This document shows positions 20,101-29,390 of a stretch of 64,000 bases of DNA, piece after piece. A program made the position numbers and the translations under genes. Under the pieces are notes generated by a model. It made no database searches. It was given only the letters and a program-made list of their open reading frames with translations, and was not told where the DNA came from. Position 1 is the first letter of the stretch. The number at the start of each line of letters is the position of its first letter. Origin of the DNA: Nitrospirota bacterium (GTDB lineage Bacteria > Nitrospirota > Thermodesulfovibrionia > Thermodesulfovibrionales > Dissulfurispiraceae). Location: contig JBFLWF010000012.1 of NCBI GenBank assembly GCA_040758355.1, positions 15,870 through 79,869 of the forward strand. Direction: 5' to 3'.

Positions 20101-20248
20101 ATACAATCGGATAGAGCCTTCATAAAGACTTCATAAAAATATACAATTATAGGTTGTATTTGTCAATACTTTTTACAACCTTTGATTTATAGACTTCACT
20201 GCAATCTTACCTATAGACTTCTTAAACAATTCCAGTCAGGCGGATTAT

Positions 20249-20611
20249 ATGAGAAGAACAGCCGGATATAAAAGGAAAACAACCGGCCAGATCGTGAAGG
20301 AATACCGGAAGGCAAAGGGCATATCCCAGATGGATCTGGCAGAGGTTATCGGCGTGTCGTATCAACAGGTGCAGAAATACGAAAAGGGAACCAACAGGAT
20401 AAGCGTCGACAGGCTTAAACAGATAGCAAAGGCACTCGATGTGCCCATAAACGAATTCTTTTCTCCGGAGAAACTGGTGGTCTCAGAAACACGGGCAGCT
20501 TACGGAAAGATAACGGACGATGAGCAGCTCCTGCTGCATTTATTCAGGGAGATAAAAGATAAAAAGGTAAAGAAAGCTGTTATCGAATTTATAAAGGCAG
20601 TGGCAAAATAG
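20249..20611 (+). CDS. XRE-family HTH regulator
   Basis: SQMDLAEVIGVSYQQVQKYEKG-NR. Confidence 0.9.
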   Translation: MRRTAGYKRKTTGQIVKEYRKAKGISQMDLAEVIGVSYQQVQKYEKGTNRISVDRLKQIAKALDVPINEFFSPEKLVVSETRAAYGKITDDEQLLLHLFREIKDKKVKKAVIEFIKAVAK

Positions 20612-20613
20612 GA

Positions 20614-21057
20614 TTAAAGCTCCATCATCATGATAACCGCATCCTCTGCTGGATTTACATAATAACCCTTCCTTACGCCGACCATGTTGAATCCAAACTT
20701 CTCATAGAGCTTCCTTGCAGCATAATTGGATGACCTCACCTCGAGATAAAAAAACCTGCAGCCCTCTATCCTTAATTCCTGAATCACGTCATCGAGCAGC
20801 GCCCTTGCAATGCCGCGCCTTCTGTAATCGGGGTGCACAGCCAGATCGAGGAGATGGCATTCATCCGCCACATGCTTTACGCAGATATATCCCACAACAA
20901 CTCCATTAAGCTCTGCAACCCTTGTAACCGAATACCTGCTGTAAATCTCGCTGCGGAATGATGTCTCCGACCATGGCGTACTGAAAGAGAGCCTTTCGAT
21001 GCTTACGATTTCAGGGATATCATCTGGATACATTTCACGGATGTATACGGTATTCAT
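20614..21057 (-). CDS. rimI: Ribosomal protein alanine N-acetyltransferase
   Basis: AVHPDYRRRGIA, LEVRSSN, RKGYY..EDA; follows tsaB. Confidence 0.92.
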   Translation of the reverse strand: MNTVYIREMYPDDIPEIVSIERLSFSTPWSETSFRSEIYSRYSVTRVAELNGVVVGYICVKHVADECHLLDLAVHPDYRRRGIARALLDDVIQELRIEGCRFFYLEVRSSNYAARKLYEKFGFNMVGVRKGYYVNPAEDAVIMMMEL

Positions 21058-21737
21058 GAACCAAGCTTTATTTCTGCTTCCGATTTCCTGATGTACAGTG
21101 GCACAAGTTTTATGGGGTCTTCAAACTCGCCCTTTTTTGCTTTTATCATACCGATATATGCAACATTGGCAGGCGAAGGTACCATATCCTGCGGATTTCC
21201 GAATATAGCCGAATCGTTAAGCCATGCTTTAATGCTGTCTTTATAGATGATCGAGCCCTCCCCTAAAAAAATTGTGGGCTCATTTATCCCTGAGAGAAGA
21301 ACATCTATTTTGATTGTCTGTTCATTCATGGCCCTTGCAAAGCCATTTCCATTCCACCTGAATATCCCTGCGTAAACCTCTTTCTTGCGCGCATCGAGGA
21401 GTGGACAAACCTGATATTTGCTGAACGGCATATTCCATGCAAATGCCTCAAGGGTTGCAACAGAGACGAGCTTTTTCCCTGTGGCATATACGAGTCCTTT
21501 TACAGTACTGAGTCCGACCCTGAGTCCTGTAAATGAACCAGGCCCAATGGCAATGGCAAAGACATCTATGTCGTCTATTTTCATACCGGACTGTATTAAT
21601 ATATGGTCTATTGCACCCATTATGCGCTCCGAGTGCGTGACCTTCACATTTATCCGCGACTCGGCAATAAGGGTGTCATCCTCCATTATCGCCACGCCTC
21701 CAACCATTGTGGATGTCTCTATTGATAGTAGTTTCAT
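21054..21737 (-). CDS. tsaB: tRNA t6A biosynthesis protein TsaB
   Basis: LSIETST, GPGSFTGLRVG, DARKKEVY, PLYIRKSEAE. Confidence 0.95.
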   Translation of the reverse strand: MKLLSIETSTMVGGVAIMEDDTLIAESRINVKVTHSERIMGAIDHILIQSGMKIDDIDVFAIAIGPGSFTGLRVGLSTVKGLVYATGKKLVSVATLEAFAWNMPFSKYQVCPLLDARKKEVYAGIFRWNGNGFARAMNEQTIKIDVLLSGINEPTIFLGEGSIIYKDSIKAWLNDSAIFGNPQDMVPSPANVAYIGMIKAKKGEFEDPIKLVPLYIRKSEAEIKLGS

Positions 21738-21763
21738 GCCGCCTCTCTTCTGAATAATCTCAA

Positions 21764-21976
21764 ACTTAAATTGAGCGATTCTAATTTAGAAATATATGTC
21801 AGGTGCGGCGAAAAGACTTTAAACTCCGCACTTGTACATACATATATCTTGTATCCGTATTCTACAACATTGAATACTTGTTAGGTGATACACTTTATAA
21901 TCTCTTATATACACTTGAGCCAACACTTTTTAAAGTCTTTGAGCCGTGCCTGACATATAATATCGCTTAAATCGGA
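21764..21976. repeat. ~210-bp element, copy D; supplies the MFS C-terminus and stop
   Basis: Near-identical arms to copy A; MFS stop at 21930 lies inside it. Confidence 0.9.
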
Positions 21977-23156
21977 TTGAAAATATTATACTGCCGGCAA
22001 TACACAGCAGTGCAAAAATCTTCAGCGAAGCAATCGTGCCAAAAGAGTGCGCAGTAATGCCTATGATGGAATTCCCTACAGGCGCAAAGCCCAGAAAGAC
22101 AAGGGTGTACAGGCTCATCACCCTTCCCCTTAGTGCATCTGGCACTGCATGCTGTATAAAACTGTTGCTTACAGCAAGAAAGCTCACAATACCCCATCCT
22201 GCAAAAAATATAAGAAGCATGGAGAGGTGGAGATCCATTGAAAATGGTATTATTAAAATAGCCAGGGAAAAGACAAAAGCCGAAAGCGGGATATATAAAT
22301 CTTTCCTTTTCACTTCACCTTTAAATGCGATCATCATCGCTGCAAGAAAGGAGCCTGCGCCTGCCGAGGCAACAAGAAAACTCAGGCCTTTTGCCCCGAC
22401 ATTCAATACCTCGCCCGCGAGCACAGGCAAAAGAGTGATATATGGCACGCCAAAGAGGCTGAATACCGCTATCAGGGACATGATGTATAAGACAGGCTTT
22501 TCCTTTGTTATAAACCTCCATCCATCTGCTATGTCCTTCCAGATATTGCCTTCATAGGACTTTATCATCCCCCTGGCTTTTATTTTTGAGAGTGCGAAAA
22601 TTACAGGGATAAAACTCGCTGCATTAAGATAAAAACAGGCAGGGATGCCCACACTGGAGATTATGAACCCTGCTATCACAGGCCCGACAATCCGCGCTCC
22701 GTTGAAGGCTGCCGAGTTAAGGGCGATGGCATTGGTGATGTCTGCCTTGCCGACCACTTCTGCAAGGAATGCCTGCCTTGCAGGCACATCAAACGCGTTC
22801 ACAGTACCTAAAAAAGTAGCGACAACCCCAACGTGCCAGACGGTTATTATATTTTTATCGGCAAGGATTGCCACAGTAAGGGCAGGAATAACAGACAGTA
22901 TCTGGGTAATAATAAGGATATTCCTTTTTGGATACCTGTCGGCAACCATCCCGCCAAAGAGCGTAAATAAAAGAATAGGCAGGGAAGAGAGCGATGCGAT
23001 AATGCCGAGGTAGAGGGGAGACTTCGTAAGAGAGTACACAAGCCAGCTCTGGGCAACGGAATGCATCCATGTGCCTGAAAGGGATATTATCTGTCCGAGC
23101 CAGAAGAGCCTGAAGTCCCTGACGTATAATGCCGGGAATCTCTGTCCGTTGTCCAT
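21930..23156 (-). CDS. MFS transporter (MFS_3/DHA3-like)
   Basis: DFRLFWLGQ, GGMVADRYPKR, PARQA, LRGRVMS; multiple TM segments. Confidence 0.9.
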   Translation of the reverse strand: MDNGQRFPALYVRDFRLFWLGQIISLSGTWMHSVAQSWLVYSLTKSPLYLGIIASLSSLPILLFTLFGGMVADRYPKRNILIITQILSVIPALTVAILADKNIITVWHVGVVATFLGTVNAFDVPARQAFLAEVVGKADITNAIALNSAAFNGARIVGPVIAGFIISSVGIPACFYLNAASFIPVIFALSKIKARGMIKSYEGNIWKDIADGWRFITKEKPVLYIMSLIAVFSLFGVPYITLLPVLAGEVLNVGAKGLSFLVASAGAGSFLAAMMIAFKGEVKRKDLYIPLSAFVFSLAILIIPFSMDLHLSMLLIFFAGWGIVSFLAVSNSFIQHAVPDALRGRVMSLYTLVFLGFAPVGNSIIGITAHSFGTIASLKIFALLCIAGSIIFSIRFKRYYMSGTAQRL

Positions 23157-23196
23157 GTGTTATTATATCAATATTGAGTTTATTTCGGAGGCATAA

Positions 23197-24090
23197 ATGA
23201 AAAAAGCTTTTGTCTTCCTGTTTTTGCTCATCTCTCTGTCTTTTGCCCATACCGTCCTTGCAGAACCTGTAAAAGTCGTTGTCTCCATCCATCCCCTTTA
23301 TGACATAACAAAGCAGATAGGAAAGGATAAGGTTAGTGTAAAGACACTGCTTCCTCCTGCTGCATCTCCTCACACATTTGAGCCCACGCCAAAACAGATG
23401 ATGGAACTCCACGATGCAAAAATATTTATCAAAATAGGAGCAGGCCTTGAGTTCTGGGCAGACAGGATTGTGAAGGCTGCCTCTAATAAAAACCTTATGG
23501 CCGTGGATCTGTCAAAAGACATGCCCCTCATACACAGCACGCATAAGCATGAGCATAAGCATGAACATGCGGGGCAAGCAGCGGACCCCCATTTCTGGCT
23601 CGACCCTGTGCTGACAAAGAATATCGTGGACAAAATAGCAAGTACACTTATAAAGGTGGATGCCCAGAACAAAAAGTTTTATATGGATAACGCAGAAACC
23701 TATAAGAAAGAACTCGATAAACTGAACGAAGAGATAATACAGAAGGTCGGCACATTTAAGACAAAGGGATATGTCACATTTCATCCTGCATGGAATTATT
23801 TTTCGAAAAGATACGGGCTGCGGGTCATTGGAGTTATTGAAGAGGCTCCAGGAAGAGAACCAGCGCCGGGAGATGTTGCACGCATAATAAAAGATTTAAA
23901 GAAATCAGATATCCGTGTGGTCTTTGCAGAGCCGCAGTTTAACCCCAAAATCGCAGAGGCAATAGCAAAGGAGGCCAATGCAAAAGTCCTGTTCCTCGAT
24001 CCAATCGGCGCATCCAATGCCCCTGACAGAGATTCCTATCTTAAACTCATGCGTTACAACATTTCACAGATGGAAAGGGCGATGAAATGA
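23197..24090 (+). CDS. znuA: Zn/Mn ABC substrate-binding protein
   Basis: SPHTFEPTP, His-rich loop, DPHFWLDP, signal peptide. Confidence 0.85.
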   Translation: MKKAFVFLFLLISLSFAHTVLAEPVKVVVSIHPLYDITKQIGKDKVSVKTLLPPAASPHTFEPTPKQMMELHDAKIFIKIGAGLEFWADRIVKAASNKNLMAVDLSKDMPLIHSTHKHEHKHEHAGQAADPHFWLDPVLTKNIVDKIASTLIKVDAQNKKFYMDNAETYKKELDKLNEEIIQKVGTFKTKGYVTFHPAWNYFSKRYGLRVIGVIEEAPGREPAPGDVARIIKDLKKSDIRVVFAEPQFNPKIAEAIAKEANAKVLFLDPIGASNAPDRDSYLKLMRYNISQMERAMK

Positions 24091-24869
24091 AAGCTGTTGA
24101 AATAAAAGACCTCGATGTATCCATAAACAGCAGGGAGATATTAAAAGACATAAACCTTGAGCTTGGAGAAGGGAAATTTCTGGGCATCGTGGGCCCGAAC
24201 GGAAGCGGAAAGACAACCCTGCTCAGGACTATCATTGGGATAATCAAGCCGACATCCGGTAGTATAAAAATCTTCGGCAGCATCCCTTTTGATGCGATAC
24301 AAAAGGGCATGTTCGGCTATCTTCCCCAGAGCCAGAAGATAGAACTCAACTTTCCTGCAAGGGCAATAGATGTCGTCCTCATGGGAATATATTCGAGGCT
24401 TGGAACCTTCAAATGGCCTTCGAAAAAAGATACTGACCGTGCAAAAGAAATGTTATCGATAATGGATATGTCAGGTCTCGAAAACGAGCCCTTCGGAGAC
24501 CTTTCAGGAGGTCAGCAGCAGCGTGTATCCATTGCACGGGCGCTTATAAATAATCCGAGTATATTGATCCTCGATGAGCCGAGCACAGGCATAGATGTAG
24601 TGGGACAGGAAGACTTCTACCATCTCCTGAAGGGACTTCAAAAAAAACTGAACCTCACTATAATAATGGTCTCACATGATATAGGCACTGTAACATCGTA
24701 CGTGGACGAGATCGCATGCCTGAACAAAACACTTCACTACCACGGGAGCCCATTAGGCGCTCTCAATGATGCGGTTATAAAACAGCTTTACGGCAAACAT
24801 GTGGATATCATGATGCATACAGACCTCTGCGAAAAATGCGAGAGGCTACATAGCGAGCAAAAAGATTGA
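24087..24869 (+). CDS. znuC: Zn/Mn ABC ATPase
   Basis: GPNGSGKT, LSGGQQQR, LDEP, VSHD. Confidence 0.85.
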   Translation: MKAVEIKDLDVSINSREILKDINLELGEGKFLGIVGPNGSGKTTLLRTIIGIIKPTSGSIKIFGSIPFDAIQKGMFGYLPQSQKIELNFPARAIDVVLMGIYSRLGTFKWPSKKDTDRAKEMLSIMDMSGLENEPFGDLSGGQQQRVSIARALINNPSILILDEPSTGIDVVGQEDFYHLLKGLQKKLNLTIIMVSHDIGTVTSYVDEIACLNKTLHYHGSPLGALNDAVIKQLYGKHVDIMMHTDLCEKCERLHSEQKD

Positions 24870-24870
24870 C

Positions 24871-25677
24871 ATGTTAGAACTTTTTTCATACGGGTTCATG
24901 CAGAGGGCATTGCTCACAGGAGCGGTGCTTTCGATATTTTCAGGGATAATATCGGTATTCATAGTGCTGAGGAGAGTATCGTTCCTTGGCTCCGGCATCT
25001 CTCACGCTGCATTTGGAGGGGTTTCCATAGGCTTCCTGCTGGGCATAAACCCCCTTCTGACAGCACTTGTATATTCCATTATCGTGGCCTTTGGCATCGA
25101 ACAGATAAGCTCAAAAGGAAGGCTCGCAGAAGATACAGCCATAGGGATATTCTTTTCCAGCTCCATGGCACTCGGCATCGTCCTTGTAGGATTATCGGCA
25201 AGCTACAATGTGGACCTATTCGGTTACCTTTTCGGCAGCATACTGGCAATAACAAACGAGGATGCATTAATAGCCGTATGCACAACCCTCTTCCTGATGG
25301 GAGTCATATTCGTAATCATGAAAGAACTTTATTTCATCACCTTTAATGAAGAGCTTGCATTTGTAGGCGGCATAAAGGTGAGGCTCATAAAGTCCATATT
25401 CCTGCTTTCAATGGCAATCGCCATAGTAGTAGGCATCAAATTGGTTGGCATTATCCTCATCTCTGCGCTCCTCGTAATACCGGGCGCTGCCGCACAACTG
25501 CTGACAAAACGATTTTACAGAATGGTCATGGTCTCATGCCTTATATCCCTGTTTTCCACAATCTCTGGAATTATTGTCTCCTATCGCTTTAACCTCGCTC
25601 CAGGCGGGACCATAGTCATTCTATTGTCCTTGATATTTTTTGTTGCGTTTTTCAGCAAGACATTAAATAATGCTTGA
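24871..25677 (+). CDS. znuB: Zn/Mn ABC permease
   Basis: SHAAFGG, LFGSILA, LLVIPGA; ABC-3 family. Confidence 0.85.
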   Translation: MLELFSYGFMQRALLTGAVLSIFSGIISVFIVLRRVSFLGSGISHAAFGGVSIGFLLGINPLLTALVYSIIVAFGIEQISSKGRLAEDTAIGIFFSSSMALGIVLVGLSASYNVDLFGYLFGSILAITNEDALIAVCTTLFLMGVIFVIMKELYFITFNEELAFVGGIKVRLIKSIFLLSMAIAIVVGIKLVGIILISALLVIPGAAAQLLTKRFYRMVMVSCLISLFSTISGIIVSYRFNLAPGGTIVILLSLIFFVAFFSKTLNNA

Positions 25678-25749
25678 AATTTTATTTGTTTAGGTGTATC
25701 TTTGTCTTAAAGAATTAACATTTTTTCCAGAAAGGGGGTGAAAAAACAA

Positions 25750-26121
25750 ATGAAAAAGGCACTTCTATTGGCAATGGCAGTACTATTTCTCTTCTCTTTC
25801 GGATGTGCTACAAAAGACTATGTAAAACAGCAGATAGACCCGCTTGTTGACAGGATCAGCAAGCTTGAGGCAAGGGTTTCGGCTCTTGAATCAAAGGTTG
25901 GCGCCCTTGAAGGCAAGGTTGGCGCACTATCGTCTGATGTGTCCGCTGCTAAAAAGGATGCAGCAGAAGCCAAATCCCTTGCACAGGAGGCAATGAGGGT
26001 CGCAAAGGATTCTGCTGACAGGGCTGAGGCTGCTGCAAAGAGGGCAGAGGCTGCTGCACAGAGGGCAGAAGAGGCATTTGGCAAGGCTAAAAAGGCCTTT
26101 GAATTACAGCAGAAGAAGTAA
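25750..26121 (+). CDS. Lpp/OprI-like alanine-zipper lipoprotein ending in Lys
   Basis: Lipobox FSFGC, heptad coiled coil, Ala-rich, C-terminal QQKK. Confidence 0.8.
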   Translation: MKKALLLAMAVLFLFSFGCATKDYVKQQIDPLVDRISKLEARVSALESKVGALEGKVGALSSDVSAAKKDAAEAKSLAQEAMRVAKDSADRAEAAAKRAEAAAQRAEEAFGKAKKAFELQQKK

Positions 26122-27064
26122 TCTTACCCTCCCGCAAAAAATTTTCTGCGAAAATTTTTTGCGGGAGTTCTATTTTAAAACCGGAAATCTCCACAGGTAT
26201 TCCGCTCTTTTCCTTAACAGCATGATATAGCTTTTCGGTATTTATTTTTTTAAGCAAACCCTTCTTCCTCAACAATTCCACTGCCTCGTTAAAATAGTTT
26301 ATGTCCTTTTCGGTATCGTCTCTGTGAACTTCTATATACACACTATCGCCCTTTACGCCTACTTTAACAGGCTGCCGGACAATGGTAACTTTAGTACCCT
26401 TAGGCACCATCTGAAAAAGCTTAGGGACATCTTCAGGATACAGTCTTATGCATCCGTGTGTAACCCTCCTCCCCACTGCCCAGGGCCTGTTTGTTCCATG
26501 TATTAGATAACTGCCGAGGGAAAGCCTCAATGCATGGGTGCCGAGGGGATTCTCAGGACCGGGCGGAACCACATTCGGCAGTTCCGGTCTCTCTTTTTTA
26601 ATCGATTCAGGCACATGCCATGCAGGGTTAGCTATCTTCTCTATTATCTTGAAATTCCCGACAGGCGTGTCATTGCCTTCATCCCCTATCCCTATGGGGA
26701 AAGTCCTCGCCAGTAATACCTTCTTATGTTTCAGAAAGTAGTAAAGTCTCATCTCTGTGATATTTATGACAATCCCATCGTATGATGCCACATCAGGCAA
26801 TATCCACATCGTTGGTATATTAACAGTCGAATTGCTTCCGGGAAGGAAGGGATCGAGTTTTGGATTCGCATCCACAATCTCGTTGTAGCCAACATCGTAG
26901 TTCCTTGCTATCTCTATCAGGGATTCGTTGCCGTTAACCTTATGGGTCTTAATAACCCCGATCACTGTGTTGTCCTTGCCGTAGGAATAGACCTCGGCAG
27001 AAGCAGACGTGGAAGATATTGCGAAAAAAACCAAAGCAGACAGGACAATTTTCAACAATCTCAT
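26087..27064 (-). CDS. L,D-transpeptidase (ErfK/YcfS type, LysM + YkuD)
   Basis: PPGPENPLG, IHGTN, THGCIRL. Confidence 0.93.
   Translation of the reverse strand: MRLLKIVLSALVFFAISSTSASAEVYSYGKDNTVIGVIKTHKVNGNESLIEIARNYDVGYNEIVDANPKLDPFLPGSNSTVNIPTMWILPDVASYDGIVINITEMRLYYFLKHKKVLLARTFPIGIGDEGNDTPVGNFKIIEKIANPAWHVPESIKKERPELPNVVPPGPENPLGTHALRLSLGSYLIHGTNRPWAVGRRVTHGCIRLYPEDVPKLFQMVPKGTKVTIVRQPVKVGVKGDSVYIEVHRDDTEKDINYFNEAVELLRKKGLLKKINTEKLYHAVKEKSGIPVEISGFKIELPQKIFAENFLREGKITSSAVIQRPF
26129..26167. terminator. Perfect 18-bp inverted repeat between convergent genes
   Basis: CTCCCGCAAAAAATTTTC-TGC-GAAAATTTTTTGCGGGAG. Confidence 0.6.
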
Positions 27065-27149
27065 AAATTGAATAATAACCAACAAGCGCAGTATAATTCA
27101 AGCGATTGACAAAATCTGACTTTATGTAGTTAAATATAAGTCGCTTTTC

Positions 27150-27225
27150 GGGCGGATAGCTCAGCTGGGAGAGCACAGCCCTTACAAGGCTGGGGTCACA
27201 GGTTCGATCCCTGTTCCGCCTACCA
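27150..27225 (+). tRNA. tRNA-Val(TAC)
   Basis: Cloverleaf; anticodon arm CAGCC-CTTACAA-GGCTG; GGTTCGATCC; CCA end. Confidence 0.97.
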
Positions 27226-27236
27226 TAAACCGCTTT

Positions 27237-27313
27237 GGGGCGGTAGTTCAGCTGGTTAGAACGCCGGCCTGTCACGCCGGAGGTCGCGGGTTCGAGCCCC
27301 GTCCGCCCCGCCA
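27237..27313 (+). tRNA. tRNA-Asp(GTC)
   Basis: Anticodon arm CCGGC-CTGTCAC-GCCGG; GGTTCGAGCC; CCA end. Confidence 0.97.
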
Positions 27314-27409
27314 GACGTTACTCTCAGCAAACCGTCTGTACACACTCAATTACTTGGAAATAAATGGTGGGGTATCAAATCAAGAACAATATGAAGACTA
27401 CTTTCTACT

Positions 27410-28474
27410 CTATTTCCCAAATGGACAAACAGGATACCTGCACTCCTTGCAATTAAGACATAGACCGCCATGTCCGAGTTCTGCAAGCTCTTTTCTTCCG
27501 ATCTTTTCTCCTGCGAGTATCCTCGGAAGGATTAAATCGAAAATGGTTATCTTATGATACATTCCACAGGCGGGAATGCCGAGAATGGGAATGGATGTAA
27601 GGTATGCTGCTAAAAACATCGCTCCAGGAAGAACTGCGGAGCCGTATGCAATATCGGCTGCGCCAAGCCTCCTTATGGCAAACCTTGTGACATCGTCCGG
27701 GTCAACAGACATGCCGCCTGTTGTTATAAGCAAATCAGCGCCTGCCTCGATTAATTCCTTCAGCCTTGCTTCGATAAATCCTTCGTCATCGGGTGCATAA
27801 TATATGCCGACAATGCCTCCATCAAACTGTTCTATCTTTTTCGTGATTACAGTGGCAAAGGCATCTTTTATCCTCCCATAATAGACCTCGTTGCCGGTAA
27901 TAACGACTCCGATCTTCGGTTTTCTCATTTCTTTAATCTCTATGATCTTACCTGCGGATTCAGTGATTCTCACTGCTTCTTCAACCACATTTCTCTTGAC
28001 CACCAGCGGTATAGCCCTTGTTCCGGCCACAACCTGACCTCTCTTTACCACGGTGTTGCCATGAAGGGTTGCACACATCACATCGCCTAACATATTGAAT
28101 TGAGTAAGGGCGTGTTTATTTACCTTCAGAAGCCCGTCTCTGTCAGCAATTATGTTTATCTTTCCTTCCTTTGGTTCGCCCTCCACTGTAACGCCTTCAC
28201 CCATGAGGGCATTGGCAAGGGCATATGCTGCATCGTCTTCATGAACTTCGTCTTCAGCGATATTTAAAACAAATAAATGCTCTTTCCCAATTTTTCGAAG
28301 ATGGTTTATGTCTTCCTCCTTGATGATATGGCCTTTTCTAAATGCCCTTCCCTTGAACTCGTCCCTGCGTATTTCTGTAATGTCATGTGCCAATACCATT
28401 CCTACAGCTTCTGCTACAGGTATTGTCCTGGCGCCTGACATGCTCCTTATTTCGTTATTCTGCACGTCGCACAT
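27410..28474 (-). CDS. Molybdopterin-binding MoeA-like protein
   Basis: AVGMVLAHDITEI, TGGMSVDPDD, LPGAMF, C-terminal CxxCxxCxxPxC. Confidence 0.85.
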   Translation of the reverse strand: MCDVQNNEIRSMSGARTIPVAEAVGMVLAHDITEIRRDEFKGRAFRKGHIIKEEDINHLRKIGKEHLFVLNIAEDEVHEDDAAYALANALMGEGVTVEGEPKEGKINIIADRDGLLKVNKHALTQFNMLGDVMCATLHGNTVVKRGQVVAGTRAIPLVVKRNVVEEAVRITESAGKIIEIKEMRKPKIGVVITGNEVYYGRIKDAFATVITKKIEQFDGGIVGIYYAPDDEGFIEARLKELIEAGADLLITTGGMSVDPDDVTRFAIRRLGAADIAYGSAVLPGAMFLAAYLTSIPILGIPACGMYHKITIFDLILPRILAGEKIGRKELAELGHGGLCLNCKECRYPVCPFGK

Positions 28475-28486
28475 AGAGCCTCCTTC

Positions 28487-28786
28487 CTATAACTCCTTCC
28501 CGGCATTCGCAGTAATTGTTATCTTCTGGAACCATAAAATCCCTTTCAAAGGTGACAGCATTCCTTTTAAAGTATTTTGTATTAATGTCTTTGCAAAGTC
28601 TTTTTTTATGTCTATCTCTCCATTTTCGGTATAAATACGAAGCTCATCGTATTCGATACAGATGGTTACATTCCTTGGGTTATAGCCCAGGGACCTCGCA
28701 ATTGCACACAGGACGTTTGCAATATAATTCTGTGTAAAGTCATTAAGGGGAACTACACGATTATTTACCAGAAGGCTCGTTTTCAA
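28487..28786 (-). CDS. Hypothetical protein (LxVN..VPLNxF repeat, MobB C-terminal-like)
   Basis: Operonic ORF with internal duplicated motif. Confidence 0.55.
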   Translation of the reverse strand: MKTSLLVNNRVVPLNDFTQNYIANVLCAIARSLGYNPRNVTICIEYDELRIYTENGEIDIKKDFAKTLIQNTLKGMLSPLKGILWFQKITITANAGKEL

Positions 28787-29390
28787 TTGTGTTTTGCGTT
28801 CTTGAAATTATTAAAGCTGTTATTCCCGCACCTGCAGAATAGAATTTACTACCTTGTTCGAAATTTTTAATCTCCTTTGCAAGTTCGTCTATCCAATTCA
28901 GATGACTGCCGAGAAATTCCATTTGTTCCTCAATGTCTCCATTAATGCATAAAAACGCCATATACTCCATCTCAAGTGCTATGTGGTCTGGCATGGATGA
29001 ATATTTATCCGGTATGACGATGTCGCGAGCCTGATAGCGCTTGATCATGTCCATCGCAGGGTCTCCCATCAGATAGCCTTTCTCTCCCGCCATAGGCAGC
29101 CTGCATTCGGGATCGCTCGACCATCTCTTATAAACGCTTTCAACAGGAACGATATAAGGCGGTAACGGGCCCTCAAATAGCCTTCTGTATTCATCTTTAA
29201 GAATATTATATACATCACCGCTTACTAAAAACCCCGAAAGGCAGGATGTATCAAGATCGAGTGCAGAGAATACTTCTTTGAAATAGTCGAGGAGTCTGCC
29301 TGACGCGACATCATCGGCAAACTCCTCTGTGGGTTCCTTGAAAAACTCACTTAATTGAGCGTATAGGTTTGCCAGGAATACTTTATTCAA
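28761..29390 (-). CDS. TorD/DmsD-family chaperone
   Basis: PVESVY, PDHIALEMEYMAFL, HLNW. Confidence 0.9.
   Translation of the reverse strand: MNKVFLANLYAQLSEFFKEPTEEFADDVASGRLLDYFKEVFSALDLDTSCLSGFLVSGDVYNILKDEYRRLFEGPLPPYIVPVESVYKRWSSDPECRLPMAGEKGYLMGDPAMDMIKRYQARDIVIPDKYSSMPDHIALEMEYMAFLCINGDIEEQMEFLGSHLNWIDELAKEIKNFEQGSKFYSAGAGITALIISRTQNTIENEPSGK

Noticed and set aside
1205..21976. 210-bp elements as integron attC sites or CRISPR repeats
   Set aside because: They are dispersed between core genes, with no intI or cas, no RYYYAAC...GTTRRRY arrangement and no repeat-spacer array.
26949..27275. 108-aa minus-strand ORF
   Set aside because: It is the antisense shadow of the two tRNAs.
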